From NCBI GenBank assembly GCA_017552105.1, contig JAFZJI010000057.1, positions 4,150 to 68,149 of the forward strand: DNA of 64,000 bases, given 5' to 3'. A program made the translations under genes and the position numbers. The stretch comes from Bacteroidales bacterium. GTDB lineage: Bacteria; Bacteroidota; Bacteroidia; Bacteroidales; UBA932. Below the pieces are notes generated by a model. The model had not been told where the DNA came from and did not search any database. It worked only from the letters and a program-made list of their open reading frames with translations. Shown here one piece after another: positions 9,299 to 19,481 of the stretch (its first letter is position 1; each line of letters begins with the position of its first letter).

Positions 9299-12208
9299 AT
9301 GGCCGACAACGTAGCATTGATGAGCCGACGCATCCGCAGGATCCTGCTGGTGTGCAACAACTACGACAATTTTTCGCTGGAAGAGGACGGCAGGCTGGAT
9401 ATGCGCATTTCGCGCGAGTATTCCGAGCTGAACCTCTCCAACCCGCCCCAGTTCGTGAGGGTGGAAACCACCGCGGACGCTCTGCGTCTCGCGGAAGAGG
9501 GCGAAAGGTTCGACTTGGTGATCACAATGTACAATGTCGGTTCCATCGACGTGTTCGACTTCTCCGGCAAGATGAAGGCCATCGCGCCCCAAACCCCTAT
9601 TGTGCTCCTGACCTCCTATTCGAAGGAGGTTTGGCGCCGTATGCAGGAGCAGGACCGCAGCAACATCGACTACGCCTTCTGCTGGAGCGGTTCCACCGAC
9701 CTTATCATAGCCATCATCAAATTGCTGGAGGACAGCCTCAACGCCGAAGAAGACATACTCGAAGGCGGTGTGCAGTGCATACTGCTGGTCGAGGATTCCG
9801 TGCGATACTATTCCACCTATCTTCCTCTGCTGTACAAGCTGGTCCTCCAGCAGAATGTTGCCGCACTCAAGGACGCCCTCAACGAGGAACAACAGATCTT
9901 CCGTAAGAGGGCCCGCCCGAAGATACTGATGGCAACGAATTACGACGACGCCGTTTCCCTGTTCGAGCGCTACAAGGGCCAGATGCTGGGAGTCATCTCC
10001 GACATCGGCTTCGTGCTCCACAGGGGCGACAAGTCGTCGGAAGAAAAGCTGGATGCCGGCATCGACCTCTGCAAGCTCATACGCGAGCAGATGCCCAAGA
10101 TGCCCATCCTGATGCAGTCCTCGCAGGAAAGCATGCGCAGCGTCGCCGAGCAGATGAGGGTGGGATTCCTCATGAAAAGGTCCAAGACCCTCACCCACGA
10201 ACTCGGTGAATACATAGGCCGGGAATTCGGCTTCGGCGACTTCGTGGTCACCGACAGCAAACTCCGCCAGGTTGCCAGGGCATCCGACTTGCAGGGCGCC
10301 GAGCACATCATCTCCACCGTACAGGACAATCTGCTCGAGGTGCTGCGCTCCAAGAACTATATATCCCGCTGGCTGCTCGCCAGAGGTATATTCTCGGCAG
10401 GCAACAAGCTCAAGAACATCAATTCGAAGGATGTCGACGAGCTCCGCACCACTGCCGTCAAACTCATCCACGAGTACCGCACCACCCAGAGCCTGGGCGT
10501 GGTGGCCAAGTTCAACCCGGACACCTACAACGACACCATAGGTTTCGCACGCATAGGCGAGGGTTCCACCGGCGGCAAGGCACGCGGACTCGCCTTCCTC
10601 AGCCACCTGCTCTACAAGCACAGGCTCTACGACCGTTGGGAGGATGTAAGGGTCACGGTTCCCCGCACCCTTGTCATCTCCACCGAATACTTCGACCGTT
10701 TCATACTCGAAAACGGCCTGCAGTATGTAATCAACGCCGACCTTTCTGACAGCGAACTGCTCACCCAGTTCGTCTCGTCCACCCTGCCTGCCGACCTGAT
10801 GAGCTACCTGCGCATATTCATCCGGCACATCGACAAGCCACTGGCGGTACGCTCGTCTTCCAAGCTGGAAGATTCTTACTATCAGCCGTTCGCAGGCGTC
10901 TATTCCACCTACATGATACCCCGCACCGAGAACGAGGACCAGCAGCTCCGACTGCTCTCCAACGCCATCAAGAGCGTCTATGCCTCGGTGTACTACGCTT
11001 CTTCCAGAGGCTACATCACCGCCACCGCCAACGTCATTTCCGAAGAGAAGATGGGAATCATCCTCCAGGAAATCTGCGGCAGCGAGGACGGAGGATACTT
11101 CTTCCCCACCATCTCCGGCGTCGTACGTTCGGTGAACTTCTATCCCGTGGGGTACGAAAAGCCCGAAGAAGGCATAGCAAAGATTGCTTTCGGCCTCGGA
11201 AAATCCGTGGTGGACGGGGACCAGGTACTGCGTTTCTCGCCCTTCTACCCCAGGAACGTGCTCCAGACCTCTACCCCGGAACTGGCCATGAGGGACACCC
11301 AGCAAACCATGTACGCCCTCAACCTCCAGCCCGGCAAGTTCAAGACTTCGGTCGACGACGCCGTGAACCTGGAGCGCATCCCCATCGTGGATTGCGGCAA
11401 GTTCCGCGAGTTCCCGAAGGTGGTATCTACCTACGACTATGAAAACCAGCGCATGGTGGACTCCCCTTCCGCAGTTGGCCCGAAGGTGGTGAGTTTCGCC
11501 CATATACTGCGCTACGACACCTTCCCTCTCGCCGAGATCCTGCGTGAACTTATGAAGATTGCCGACGACGAGATGAAGTGCAGCGTGGAGATGGAATTCG
11601 CGGTCGACCTCGAGTCCCGCAACTTCCAGCTGCTGCAGATCCGGCCGATATCCTCCGACAGCATGAAGACCGAGGTGGATTGGAAGACCATCGACGAAAG
11701 CGGAGCCCTGGTGCGCTCATCCTGCGCCCTGGGAACCGGATGGATCCCGGATATCAAAGACATAGTATATGTAAAGAAAGACAGCTTCGACAAGATGCGT
11801 ACCACCCAGATTGCGGAGGAGGTCCGTGCCCTTAACTCACGGCTCCGCGATGAGGGCCGCAGCTATCTTCTGATAGGCTACGGCCGATGGGGCTCCAGCA
11901 TCCCCACCCTGGGCATACCGGTGGTGTGGAGCGACATCTCCGAAGCGAGGGCCATAGTGGAATGCTCGCTGAGCGACTTCCGGGTGGATCCCAGCCAAGG
12001 CTCCCACTTCTTCCAGAACCTTACCTCCTTCAATGCAGGATACATCAATGTAGATGAATTCTCCCGTGCCGCCGACTTTCTGGATTTCGAGGCCCTGGAG
12101 AAGCTTCCCGCTGCAGAAGAAGGAACCTTCATCCGGCATATAGCCCTGGATGCGCCTTTGCAGGCTTGTGTTGACGGACGTACGGGAAAAGCCGTCATCA
12201 AGCTATGA
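9299..12208 (+). CDS. Receiver-like domains fused to a PEP synthase/PPDK-type ATP-grasp domain (gdh-associated, function unknown)
   Basis: ILLVEDS..VISDI receiver-like segment; GGKARGLAF, LAVRSSSKLED..FAGVY, EMEFA..LLQIRP; C-terminal PSQGSHFF. The ORF-track extension to 8870 overlaps gdhA and is spurious. Confidence 0.85.
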   Translation: MADNVALMSRRIRRILLVCNNYDNFSLEEDGRLDMRISREYSELNLSNPPQFVRVETTADALRLAEEGERFDLVITMYNVGSIDVFDFSGKMKAIAPQTPIVLLTSYSKEVWRRMQEQDRSNIDYAFCWSGSTDLIIAIIKLLEDSLNAEEDILEGGVQCILLVEDSVRYYSTYLPLLYKLVLQQNVAALKDALNEEQQIFRKRARPKILMATNYDDAVSLFERYKGQMLGVISDIGFVLHRGDKSSEEKLDAGIDLCKLIREQMPKMPILMQSSQESMRSVAEQMRVGFLMKRSKTLTHELGEYIGREFGFGDFVVTDSKLRQVARASDLQGAEHIISTVQDNLLEVLRSKNYISRWLLARGIFSAGNKLKNINSKDVDELRTTAVKLIHEYRTTQSLGVVAKFNPDTYNDTIGFARIGEGSTGGKARGLAFLSHLLYKHRLYDRWEDVRVTVPRTLVISTEYFDRFILENGLQYVINADLSDSELLTQFVSSTLPADLMSYLRIFIRHIDKPLAVRSSSKLEDSYYQPFAGVYSTYMIPRTENEDQQLRLLSNAIKSVYASVYYASSRGYITATANVISEEKMGIILQEICGSEDGGYFFPTISGVVRSVNFYPVGYEKPEEGIAKIAFGLGKSVVDGDQVLRFSPFYPRNVLQTSTPELAMRDTQQTMYALNLQPGKFKTSVDDAVNLERIPIVDCGKFREFPKVVSTYDYENQRMVDSPSAVGPKVVSFAHILRYDTFPLAEILRELMKIADDEMKCSVEMEFAVDLESRNFQLLQIRPISSDSMKTEVDWKTIDESGALVRSSCALGTGWIPDIKDIVYVKKDSFDKMRTTQIAEEVRALNSRLRDEGRSYLLIGYGRWGSSIPTLGIPVVWSDISEARAIVECSLSDFRVDPSQGSHFFQNLTSFNAGYINVDEFSRAADFLDFEALEKLPAAEEGTFIRHIALDAPLQACVDGRTGKAVIKL

Positions 12209-13659
12209 AAAAGGCCCTCATATCCCTTATTCCCGTAGTCGTGCTGATCGCCATGCTGGCGTTCAACGTGAGCATACTCGGCAGCGATTCCATACAGGGA
12301 GCCAGCCAGGTAGCGCTGCTGATCGCCACCGGCATCGCGGTATGGCTTTCGATGTGGCTGTTCAAAGTGCGCTGGTCGGCTTTCGAAGAGGGAATCAAGA
12401 GCAATATAGGCAACGTCACCTCCGCCATAGTAATACTGCTGCTCATCGGTGCCATCTCCGGCACCTGGACCATGAGCGGCATAGTGCCGACAATGATCTG
12501 CTATGGCGTCAAGGTTCTTTCTCCGTCCTTCTTCCTGCCTGCCGCCTGCATAATCTGCGCAGCCGTTTCGTTGATGCTGGGAAGTTCCTGGACTACCATC
12601 GCCACCGTGGGCGTGGCCCTGCTTGGCATAGGCAAGGCAGAAGGGTTCAGCGACGGCCTGATTGCCGGTGCCATCATCTCCGGAGCATATTTCGGCGACA
12701 AGATCTCTCCCCTGTCCGATACCACCGTGCTTGCGTCTTCCATAGTGAACACCCCGTTGTTCACACATATACGGTATATGCTGATCACTACGGTGCCATC
12801 ATTCGTGATAGCCCTCATAGCCTTCACGGTCATAGGCCTCAGCGGAACCCCGGATACTCCGGCAGACATGAGCGCATTCACGGACGTGCTGTCTTCCAAA
12901 TTCCATATCAGCCCATATCTGCTGCTGGTACCGCTTTTCACCGGCGTGCTGATCGCACGCAAGACTCCGGCCCTCATCGTGCTGGCCCTTTCAATAGTGG
13001 CGGCATCGGTCGCAGCCATCATCTTCCAGCCGGAAATAATACGCGGAATAGGCCGTGGGGCAGCCCTGGCACATGGAGTCGAAGGGCCTCTGAGCGATTG
13101 GAAGATAATGCTCGCCGGCACCGTGGAAAGCATCTACAACACCGTTTCCCTCGATACGGGGAACGCACAGGTGAACGAGCTGGTGATGTCCCGGGGTATG
13201 ACCGGAATGCTGAACACCGTCTATCTTATCATATGCGCAATGTGTTTCGGTGCCTGCATGAGGGCAGGCGGCATGATAGATGCCCTTATGAAGGCCATGC
13301 GCAAGTTCACCGGGAACCGTACCGGTCTGGTGGCATCCACCGTCGGAACCGGAGCCACCCTGAACACCTTCGTGTGCGACCAGTACCTGGCCATAATGCT
13401 GACGGCCAACATCTTCAAGGATATATATGAGGATTCGGGCTATGAGAACAGGCTCCTGAGCCGTTCGGTGGAGGATTCGGCCACGGTTACATCGGTGCTG
13501 GTGCCATGGAATACCTGCGGCATGACCCAGGCTACCATACTTAGCACCCCGACTTTGGTATATCTGCCTTATTGCTTCTTCAACCTGCTGAGCCCGCTGA
13601 TGAGTATCCTGATAGCGGCCGTGGGTTACAAGATTCTCAGAACATCGAACAAAGCCTGA
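12205..13659 (+). CDS. nhaC: NhaC-family Na+/H+ antiporter or amino-acid transporter
   Basis: GSSWTTIATVG, GAIISGAYFGDKISPLSDTT, LVPWNTCG. Confidence 0.9.
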   Translation: MKKALISLIPVVVLIAMLAFNVSILGSDSIQGASQVALLIATGIAVWLSMWLFKVRWSAFEEGIKSNIGNVTSAIVILLLIGAISGTWTMSGIVPTMICYGVKVLSPSFFLPAACIICAAVSLMLGSSWTTIATVGVALLGIGKAEGFSDGLIAGAIISGAYFGDKISPLSDTTVLASSIVNTPLFTHIRYMLITTVPSFVIALIAFTVIGLSGTPDTPADMSAFTDVLSSKFHISPYLLLVPLFTGVLIARKTPALIVLALSIVAASVAAIIFQPEIIRGIGRGAALAHGVEGPLSDWKIMLAGTVESIYNTVSLDTGNAQVNELVMSRGMTGMLNTVYLIICAMCFGACMRAGGMIDALMKAMRKFTGNRTGLVASTVGTGATLNTFVCDQYLAIMLTANIFKDIYEDSGYENRLLSRSVEDSATVTSVLVPWNTCGMTQATILSTPTLVYLPYCFFNLLSPLMSILIAAVGYKILRTSNKA

Positions 13660-14707
13660 CGATCTGCTGGCATCCCTGATAGCCGGTTGCGTCGTAATGG
13701 AAGGCGGCGACCACCTCCAGCTTCACTTCTTTGGTCAGATTGGGAGCCCAGATGAGCTCGACCCTGTCGTAGAAGCCTTTGTAGGTAGTTTCTCCCAAAT
13801 ACAGATTGGAAGCATATGTCCCTCCCTCGGGAGCAGGATAATCGTAATAGACCAGGAGGTTATCTCCGGTATAGAGGGAATTCTGCAGGCATACATTCCA
13901 CTTCTTGGCCCGGAATATGAACTCCGCTCCGAGGGGCAGGGCCGCCTTGCGGTCTATCTCCCTGGAACGCTGATATCCGGCCAGCAGAAAAGCCTGGAGG
14001 GACAGTTCCTGCAGAGGGAGGCGGGACAGGTCATACTTCAGCCATGGAGCAAGCAGGTGATTGTCTATCACGTTCTTGGCCACCTGCGATGTCGCGAAGT
14101 GATAGAAACTTCCGGACCAACCCGCAGAAAAATCCCGGGTAATTGTCCAGGAGCCGGAAGAGAATACCTGGAAGCGCTCGCGGGAATTGGGGCCATAGCT
14201 GCCCATCCAGTCGCAACCAAGCTCTGCATCGAATCCGCCTTTGCCGTAGCGGAGCAGCACGCCCTCTTTGTTCACGTCGTGGAATGCATAGGCATCGCTC
14301 CACATGGCACGGCTGTATCTACCTTTGATAAGAGCCCTGGGATATGCTCCCGCAACAGCCTCGAAATAGCGGCCGTCACTTTCTTTGAACGCTGCCATAT
14401 AATACAGGCTGGCCTCAAAGAAATTTTTGTCGGTAAAAAAAGAGCCGCTGAAATCGCGGACAACCGATCCGCCAAGTATGATCTTGTGCACGGTACGGTC
14501 GGACTCGTTGAAACTAAGACCGGCTTCCCCGCGAAGGATTGCCGTATGGAAGGTCTGGGACTGCATGTACTTCTCGCCGGCGACATCGAATTCGCGATTG
14601 TCGAAAAGATAGTCGAAATCCGAACCGTACACGAACTTCTGTGCCATGGCCGGAGCCATGGCGCATATGGAAATCAAAACGACAGCAAACAGTCTCCTTC
14701 CAGTCAT
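13637..14707 (-). CDS. Hypothetical outer-membrane beta-barrel protein
   Basis: Signal peptide, FDNREF and RERF motifs, aromatic-rich strands, C-terminal Phe. Confidence 0.7.
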   Translation of the reverse strand: MTGRRLFAVVLISICAMAPAMAQKFVYGSDFDYLFDNREFDVAGEKYMQSQTFHTAILRGEAGLSFNESDRTVHKIILGGSVVRDFSGSFFTDKNFFEASLYYMAAFKESDGRYFEAVAGAYPRALIKGRYSRAMWSDAYAFHDVNKEGVLLRYGKGGFDAELGCDWMGSYGPNSRERFQVFSSGSWTITRDFSAGWSGSFYHFATSQVAKNVIDNHLLAPWLKYDLSRLPLQELSLQAFLLAGYQRSREIDRKAALPLGAEFIFRAKKWNVCLQNSLYTGDNLLVYYDYPAPEGGTYASNLYLGETTYKGFYDRVELIWAPNLTKEVKLEVVAAFHYDATGYQGCQQIVRLCSMF

Positions 14708-14727
14708 ATCGGCGTTTACAGCTACTC

Positions 14728-15303
14728 CTAAAGGGTGTCCATCAGGGCAATCACACGGGCCTCGACCTCGGGAATGGTGCCGACTGCATCGACTTCGTGA
14801 TATATGCCCTTCTCTTTGTAAACTTCGATAAGAGGTTCGGTCTTGGCGTGATAGGTACGGATGCGGTTGGCGATGGTTTCGTCGTTGGCGTCGTCTGCGC
14901 GGCCTTCGATGACAGCACGCCCTTTGATACGCTCCTTGATGACTTCGTCGGGTATCATGAGGGAGATGACGCCGGTCACATTCTCACCACGGGAATCCAG
15001 CATCTCGTCCAGGTCCATGGCCTGGCCTACCGTGCGGGGGAAACCGTCGAGAAGGAAGCCTTTCACGTCGGGATTTGCGGCGAAGACGTTGGCAATCATA
15101 CCTTCTACCACTTCGTCGGGAACCAGCTCACCCTTTTCGATAAGATCTTTGGCCTGCTTGCCGAGGGCTGTACCGGCAGCGATTTCGCTGCGAAGGAGTT
15201 CTCCGGTAGAAATGTGCTTAAGATGGTAACGCTTGACCATCGGGGCAGCGTGAGTGCCCTTGCCGGCCCCGGGAGGGCCGAACATGATAAAATACTTTTG
15301 CAT
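14728..15303 (-). CDS. adk: Adenylate kinase
   Basis: GPPGAGKGT, HISTGELLR, LLDGFPRT, GRADD. Confidence 0.97.
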   Translation of the reverse strand: MQKYFIMFGPPGAGKGTHAAPMVKRYHLKHISTGELLRSEIAAGTALGKQAKDLIEKGELVPDEVVEGMIANVFAANPDVKGFLLDGFPRTVGQAMDLDEMLDSRGENVTGVISLMIPDEVIKERIKGRAVIEGRADDANDETIANRIRTYHAKTEPLIEVYKEKGIYHEVDAVGTIPEVEARVIALMDTL

Positions 15304-15304
15304 A

Positions 15305-15871
15305 TTATTCCAACACGTAAATATCCTTGAGGTTGCGCCCCAGTTCGTCGTAATCGAGGCCGAAGCCTACGATGAAACGGTTGGGGATCTCGGCACCAAC
15401 GTAATCCAGCTTGTCGCGGCCCTTGAAAACCTCGGGCTTGAGGAGCATGGTGCAGATGCGGACATCTTTCGCGCCTTTCTCCAGCAGCTTTTTCTTCAAC
15501 TCGACGATGGTGTTGCCTGTATCCACGATGTCTTCGCAAACTATCACCGTACGGCCCTTGATGTCGGTAGTAAGAGGCATTACTTCCTTGACGACACCGG
15601 TGGATGTCGTACCCACGTACGACGACAGCTTCATCGAAGCCAATTCCACGGGGAAACTGAGACGCTGCATAAGTTCGCCGGTGAACATTACGGAACCATG
15701 GAGGATGCAAAGCAGCACGGGGATGTCCTCTTCGCAGCGACGCTCATAGGTATGATCCGGGCAGCAAAAATCAGCATTGATCTTATCTGCCACGCCATCA
15801 ATGATTTGCGAGACTTTCTCGTAGGGAATGAAAGGTACGAAGACCTTGTCATGAATATAAACTTTGTCCAT
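15305..15871 (-). CDS. hpt: Hypoxanthine phosphoribosyltransferase
   Basis: VIVCEDIVDTGNT PRPP-binding motif, FIVGFGLDY, GRNL; adjacent to adk. Confidence 0.93.
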   Translation of the reverse strand: MDKVYIHDKVFVPFIPYEKVSQIIDGVADKINADFCCPDHTYERRCEEDIPVLLCILHGSVMFTGELMQRLSFPVELASMKLSSYVGTTSTGVVKEVMPLTTDIKGRTVIVCEDIVDTGNTIVELKKKLLEKGAKDVRICTMLLKPEVFKGRDKLDYVGAEIPNRFIVGFGLDYDELGRNLKDIYVLE

Positions 15872-15987
15872 ATCGAAAGATATCAAAGCATAAAGTTACA
15901 AATAATTCCGATACGAAAACAGAAAAAATGTTTCAGATATGCATTTATCTGATTGACATTTAAGTTTGCCGGACATATCTTTCCGGA

Positions 15988-17610
15988 ATGAATCTGCTGA
16001 TATCCCTCACGGGGGCCATCCTGCTGCTCAGCGGAGCCGGAAGCCTCGAGGAACTGGACGAAAACGAATACGCGCGCTACTGCGCCCTGGCGGAGCAGCC
16101 CATATGCATAAACCTGGCAAGCACTGCCAGGCTGCGATCCTGCGGGCTGTTCAGCAGCTACCAGGTAGCGAGCTTGCAGAACTACATTGAATCTTCCGGC
16201 GACATTCTATCGATATCGGAACTCGGCACGGTGCCGGGCTTCACTCCGCATGTGGCCGAAGCCCTCGCATACTTCATCTCCCTTGAAAGCTATTCCCGGG
16301 CCGGAGAAAGGAGGAAACGAAAGCTGAGGCAAGACGCGATGGTGAGGTACGGTGGCAGTTCCCTGTCCGGGAAATACCACCTGGAAGCCGGTGACAGGGC
16401 CGAGGGCTGGCTTTCCTGCAGGCAGCGCCTCACGCTCAGCATGGCCGTCTATGGGAAACGCCCCTGGAAACTTATCCTGGGCGATTATAACGCCCGCATG
16501 GGCCAGGGGCTGCTGGTATGGGGGTCTTTTTCCCTGGGCGGCTTTTCTTCCACATCCGCATTCAGCAGGAACGCTTCCGGCATCTCCGGCACGGGCTCCT
16601 GGTCCCCTTCGTGGAGAGGGTTTGCCGCCGGCTATGACGGCAGGTGCTGGCAGGCATCGGCCGCAGTCGGGATTGACGGCTGCCTGCTGGGGGCCGTCTC
16701 CTTTCTGGGAAGCAACGGCAGCGTGGGCGCCAACTGCATCTACGGAAACGTCGGGAAAGGCCTGTCCCTGGACTGGAAAAAGTCTTTCGGGCATCTAGCC
16801 TTTTTCGGGGAGGCAGCCTGGTGCGGCAGCCCTGCCATAGTCGCAGGGTGCAGATGGGATCCGTCCTATGAAACATCCGCCGTAGCGCTCGCGAGATATT
16901 ATCCCCCGGACTATCAGGCCGCCATGGCCGGGGCCGTCCGCAGCGGCAGCAAGACCAAGGACGAGGCCGGAATCAGCGCAGGAGTCCGCGTACGCTGGTT
17001 CAGCGCCACCGCCGACATGGCCTTCCATCCGGATAGATGGAAGAAGCACGCCAAGAATTACCAGCAGTTCAAGTCTGTCATAAGCGCAGCACCGCAGTTC
17101 TCCGCAGGAAGATGGCTTCTCTCCCCTTCCGCCAGATGGACTGAGAGGATGCAGCTGAGCCCCAAGGGAGATGCTGCCGTCCCCGAATGGAAGCATGAAC
17201 TGCGTTGCGACCTGAAGGCAGCCAGAGGCTGTTTGGATGGCACTCTCAGGCTGGACTTCCTGCAGACTGGGACTCACAAACCGGGAGGGCTGGCATACCT
17301 GGAAGCCGGCGGAAGATGGCCGGGCAGAGCCGGGGAAGACAGCAACGTTCCGGATACAAGCCGGCTGCAACTGTCGCTGCACTTGCGGGCCACCATCTGC
17401 CGTACCGATGGTTGGACCTCGCGTATCTATGCGTATGAAAGGGATCTGCCGGGAGCTTTCAACGTACCGGCCTGGTACGGACGCATGCACGGCCTGTCAC
17501 TAGTGGCCGGGGTCAGATACCGCAGGAAAAAGACAAGGCATCAGCTCGACCTCCGGGCAGGCCTGACGAAATACGCTGAATTCAAGATCCAATATGCCGT
17601 ACGGCTATAA
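15988..17610 (+). CDS. ComEA-like helix-hairpin-helix protein with predicted C-terminal outer-membrane barrel
   Basis: PICINLAS..L, GDILSISELGTVPGF HhH-like segment, LGDYNARMGQGL, RIYAYERDL. Confidence 0.72.
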   Translation: MNLLISLTGAILLLSGAGSLEELDENEYARYCALAEQPICINLASTARLRSCGLFSSYQVASLQNYIESSGDILSISELGTVPGFTPHVAEALAYFISLESYSRAGERRKRKLRQDAMVRYGGSSLSGKYHLEAGDRAEGWLSCRQRLTLSMAVYGKRPWKLILGDYNARMGQGLLVWGSFSLGGFSSTSAFSRNASGISGTGSWSPSWRGFAAGYDGRCWQASAAVGIDGCLLGAVSFLGSNGSVGANCIYGNVGKGLSLDWKKSFGHLAFFGEAAWCGSPAIVAGCRWDPSYETSAVALARYYPPDYQAAMAGAVRSGSKTKDEAGISAGVRVRWFSATADMAFHPDRWKKHAKNYQQFKSVISAAPQFSAGRWLLSPSARWTERMQLSPKGDAAVPEWKHELRCDLKAARGCLDGTLRLDFLQTGTHKPGGLAYLEAGGRWPGRAGEDSNVPDTSRLQLSLHLRATICRTDGWTSRIYAYERDLPGAFNVPAWYGRMHGLSLVAGVRYRRKKTRHQLDLRAGLTKYAEFKIQYAVRL

Positions 17611-19050
17611 TTCAGGGATCACCTTCTCCATCTTGATGCCCCTGGAACCCTTTACCAGAATGGTCAAACCGCTGAAATCAGCGGTATGGCCTGAGACATG
17701 GGAGGCAAGGGTATCGGAATCCGCGAAATGGCCCTTGATGATAGCATCGGCACCGGGCACTATTCCAAGTTCCTGCAGGGCCTTGCCGAATTCTTCGCCC
17801 ACCAGACAGGCCTTGATGCCGGCTGCGACCAGCTTGCGGACAATTCCCTTATGCTCCTCCACCGAAGCGTCTCCAAGCTCGCGCATGTCGCCGAGCAGGG
17901 CCAGCTTGGCATCGGACTGCAAGGCAGCCAGATTGTCGATCGCAAGCCCCATGGAAGTAGGGTTGGCATTGTAGGCATCCACGATGAGGGTGTTACGGGA
18001 GGTCTTTTCCAGCTGCGAACGGCTGTTTGCGGGTGTGTAGGCCTCGATGGCAGCTATGGCGTCGGCACGCTTGACACCGAAATACTCCGCGATGGAAAGG
18101 GCTGCAATCACATTGTCGGTATTGTATGCACCCACCAGCTTGGTATGTATCTCGTCCTTGCCGACTTTTATGGCAAGGTAGGGATTCTCGGCCGTGGTAG
18201 GAAGCACTTCCACTCCAAGGGAAGCACGGCTGAACTCCCACTGATGGCAGGCTTGGGCTCGCGCAGCGGCAGCCAGGTCGGCATGGTCGGTGTTCACGAA
18301 GATGACCGAACCATTGCGGCTGCCCAGCCATTTGTAGAGCTCCGTCTTGGCAGCAAGCACGCCCTCGTAGGACCCGAAGCCCAGCAGATGCGCCTTGCCA
18401 ACGTTAGTGATATAGCCATAATCCGGCTGGCTGACTTTGACCAGTTTGGCTATGTCGTCGGGATGATTGGCCCCCATCTCCACCACGGCCATCTCCGCAT
18501 CTCCGGGGATGGACAGCAGGGTCAGAGGCACTCCTATGTCGTTGTTCAGATTACCCTTCGTGGCAGATACCTTGAACTTGGCACCCAGCGCCGCCGCAAT
18601 CAGTTCTTTGGTAGTCGTCTTTCCGTTGGTTCCGGTAAGGCCTATCACGGGTATGCCCAGCACCTGGCGATGATGTATCGCCAGCGCCTGCAACGCCACG
18701 AACGGATCCTCCACCAGAATCAGACGCCCGATCAGGTCGGGCGTGACTCTCACGGAAGTTTTTTGAGCGAGCCCGTGAGGACTGGCAGTGCGGTCAGCGG
18801 AAGTTTTTTGAGCGAGCCCGTGCGTGGCGGTAGCGGAGCTGACCGCACTGCCAGTCATACCAGGGAACGCGTCGGCGTTCACGACGGCATACGCGGCACC
18901 AGCCTCCAGAGCCCTCAACGCATACTCGTTCCCATCGAAATTCTCCCCGCGCAACGCAAAAAAAACAGCCCCCGCAGGAACGGTACGACTATCGGTACTC
19001 ACCTTGCAGCCGCACTTCAGATACAATCCGTAAAGATCCTCGATACTCAT
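17605..19050 (-). CDS. murF: UDP-MurNAc-tripeptide--D-Ala-D-Ala ligase with an ~40-aa repeat-derived insertion
   Basis: [61 protein letters not shown]. Confidence 0.96.
   Translation of the reverse strand: MSIEDLYGLYLKCGCKVSTDSRTVPAGAVFFALRGENFDGNEYALRALEAGAAYAVVNADAFPGMTGSAVSSATATHGLAQKTSADRTASPHGLAQKTSVRVTPDLIGRLILVEDPFVALQALAIHHRQVLGIPVIGLTGTNGKTTTKELIAAALGAKFKVSATKGNLNNDIGVPLTLLSIPGDAEMAVVEMGANHPDDIAKLVKVSQPDYGYITNVGKAHLLGFGSYEGVLAAKTELYKWLGSRNGSVIFVNTDHADLAAAARAQACHQWEFSRASLGVEVLPTTAENPYLAIKVGKDEIHTKLVGAYNTDNVIAALSIAEYFGVKRADAIAAIEAYTPANSRSQLEKTSRNTLIVDAYNANPTSMGLAIDNLAALQSDAKLALLGDMRELGDASVEEHKGIVRKLVAAGIKACLVGEEFGKALQELGIVPGADAIIKGHFADSDTLASHVSGHTADFSGLTILVKGSRGIKMEKVIPEL
18722..18856. 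repeat. Composite repeat inside murF: REP-like hairpin, 25-bp direct repeats and 19-bp inverted repeats
   Basis: Hairpin AGACGCCCGATCAGGTCGGGCGTGAC at 18722-18747; CGGAAGTTTTTTGAGCGAGCCCGTG at 18753-18777 and 18798-18822; GACTGGCAGTGCGGTCAGC at 18780-18798 with its exact reverse complement at 18838-18856. Confidence 0.9.
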
Positions 19051-19481
19051 TTCGTTCCAGTACTACCAAAACCACCCTCGCCACGCTCAGTCTCACCAAG
19101 CACCTCGACCTCCTCCCACTCAATCTTCTCATGCTTCGCAAGCACAAGCTGCGCAATCCTCTCCCCGGGCTCGACCGTAAAAGGCTGATCGGAAAGATTC
19201 ACAAGGATAACATTCACCTCGCCCCTGTAATCGGCATCGATGGTGCCGGGGGTATTGAGCACGGTGATCCCCTTCTTTGCGGCCAGGCCGCTGCGGGGAC
19301 GCACCTGCACCTCGTACCCGACGGGAATTTCGAGATAAAGTCCGGTAGGGATCATAGCCCTCTGGAGTGGATTAAGAACCACGGGAGAATCCAGGTTGGC
19401 ACGTACATCCATCCCTGCAGATGCCAGGGTGGAGTACTGGGGAAGGGCGTTGCCGCCTTTGTTCACGACTTTGACTGTCAT
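19047..19481 (-). CDS. dut: dUTP diphosphatase
   Basis: [36 protein letters not shown]. Confidence 0.97.
   Translation of the reverse strand: MTVKVVNKGGNALPQYSTLASAGMDVRANLDSPVVLNPLQRAMIPTGLYLEIPVGYEVQVRPRSGLAAKKGITVLNTPGTIDADYRGEVNVILVNLSDQPFTVEPGERIAQLVLAKHEKIEWEEVEVLGETERGEGGFGSTGTK

Noticed and set aside
18753-18822. Mini-CRISPR interpretation of the 25-bp direct repeats
   Set aside because: Only two copies with a 20-bp spacer, inside an intact gene, and no cas genes.
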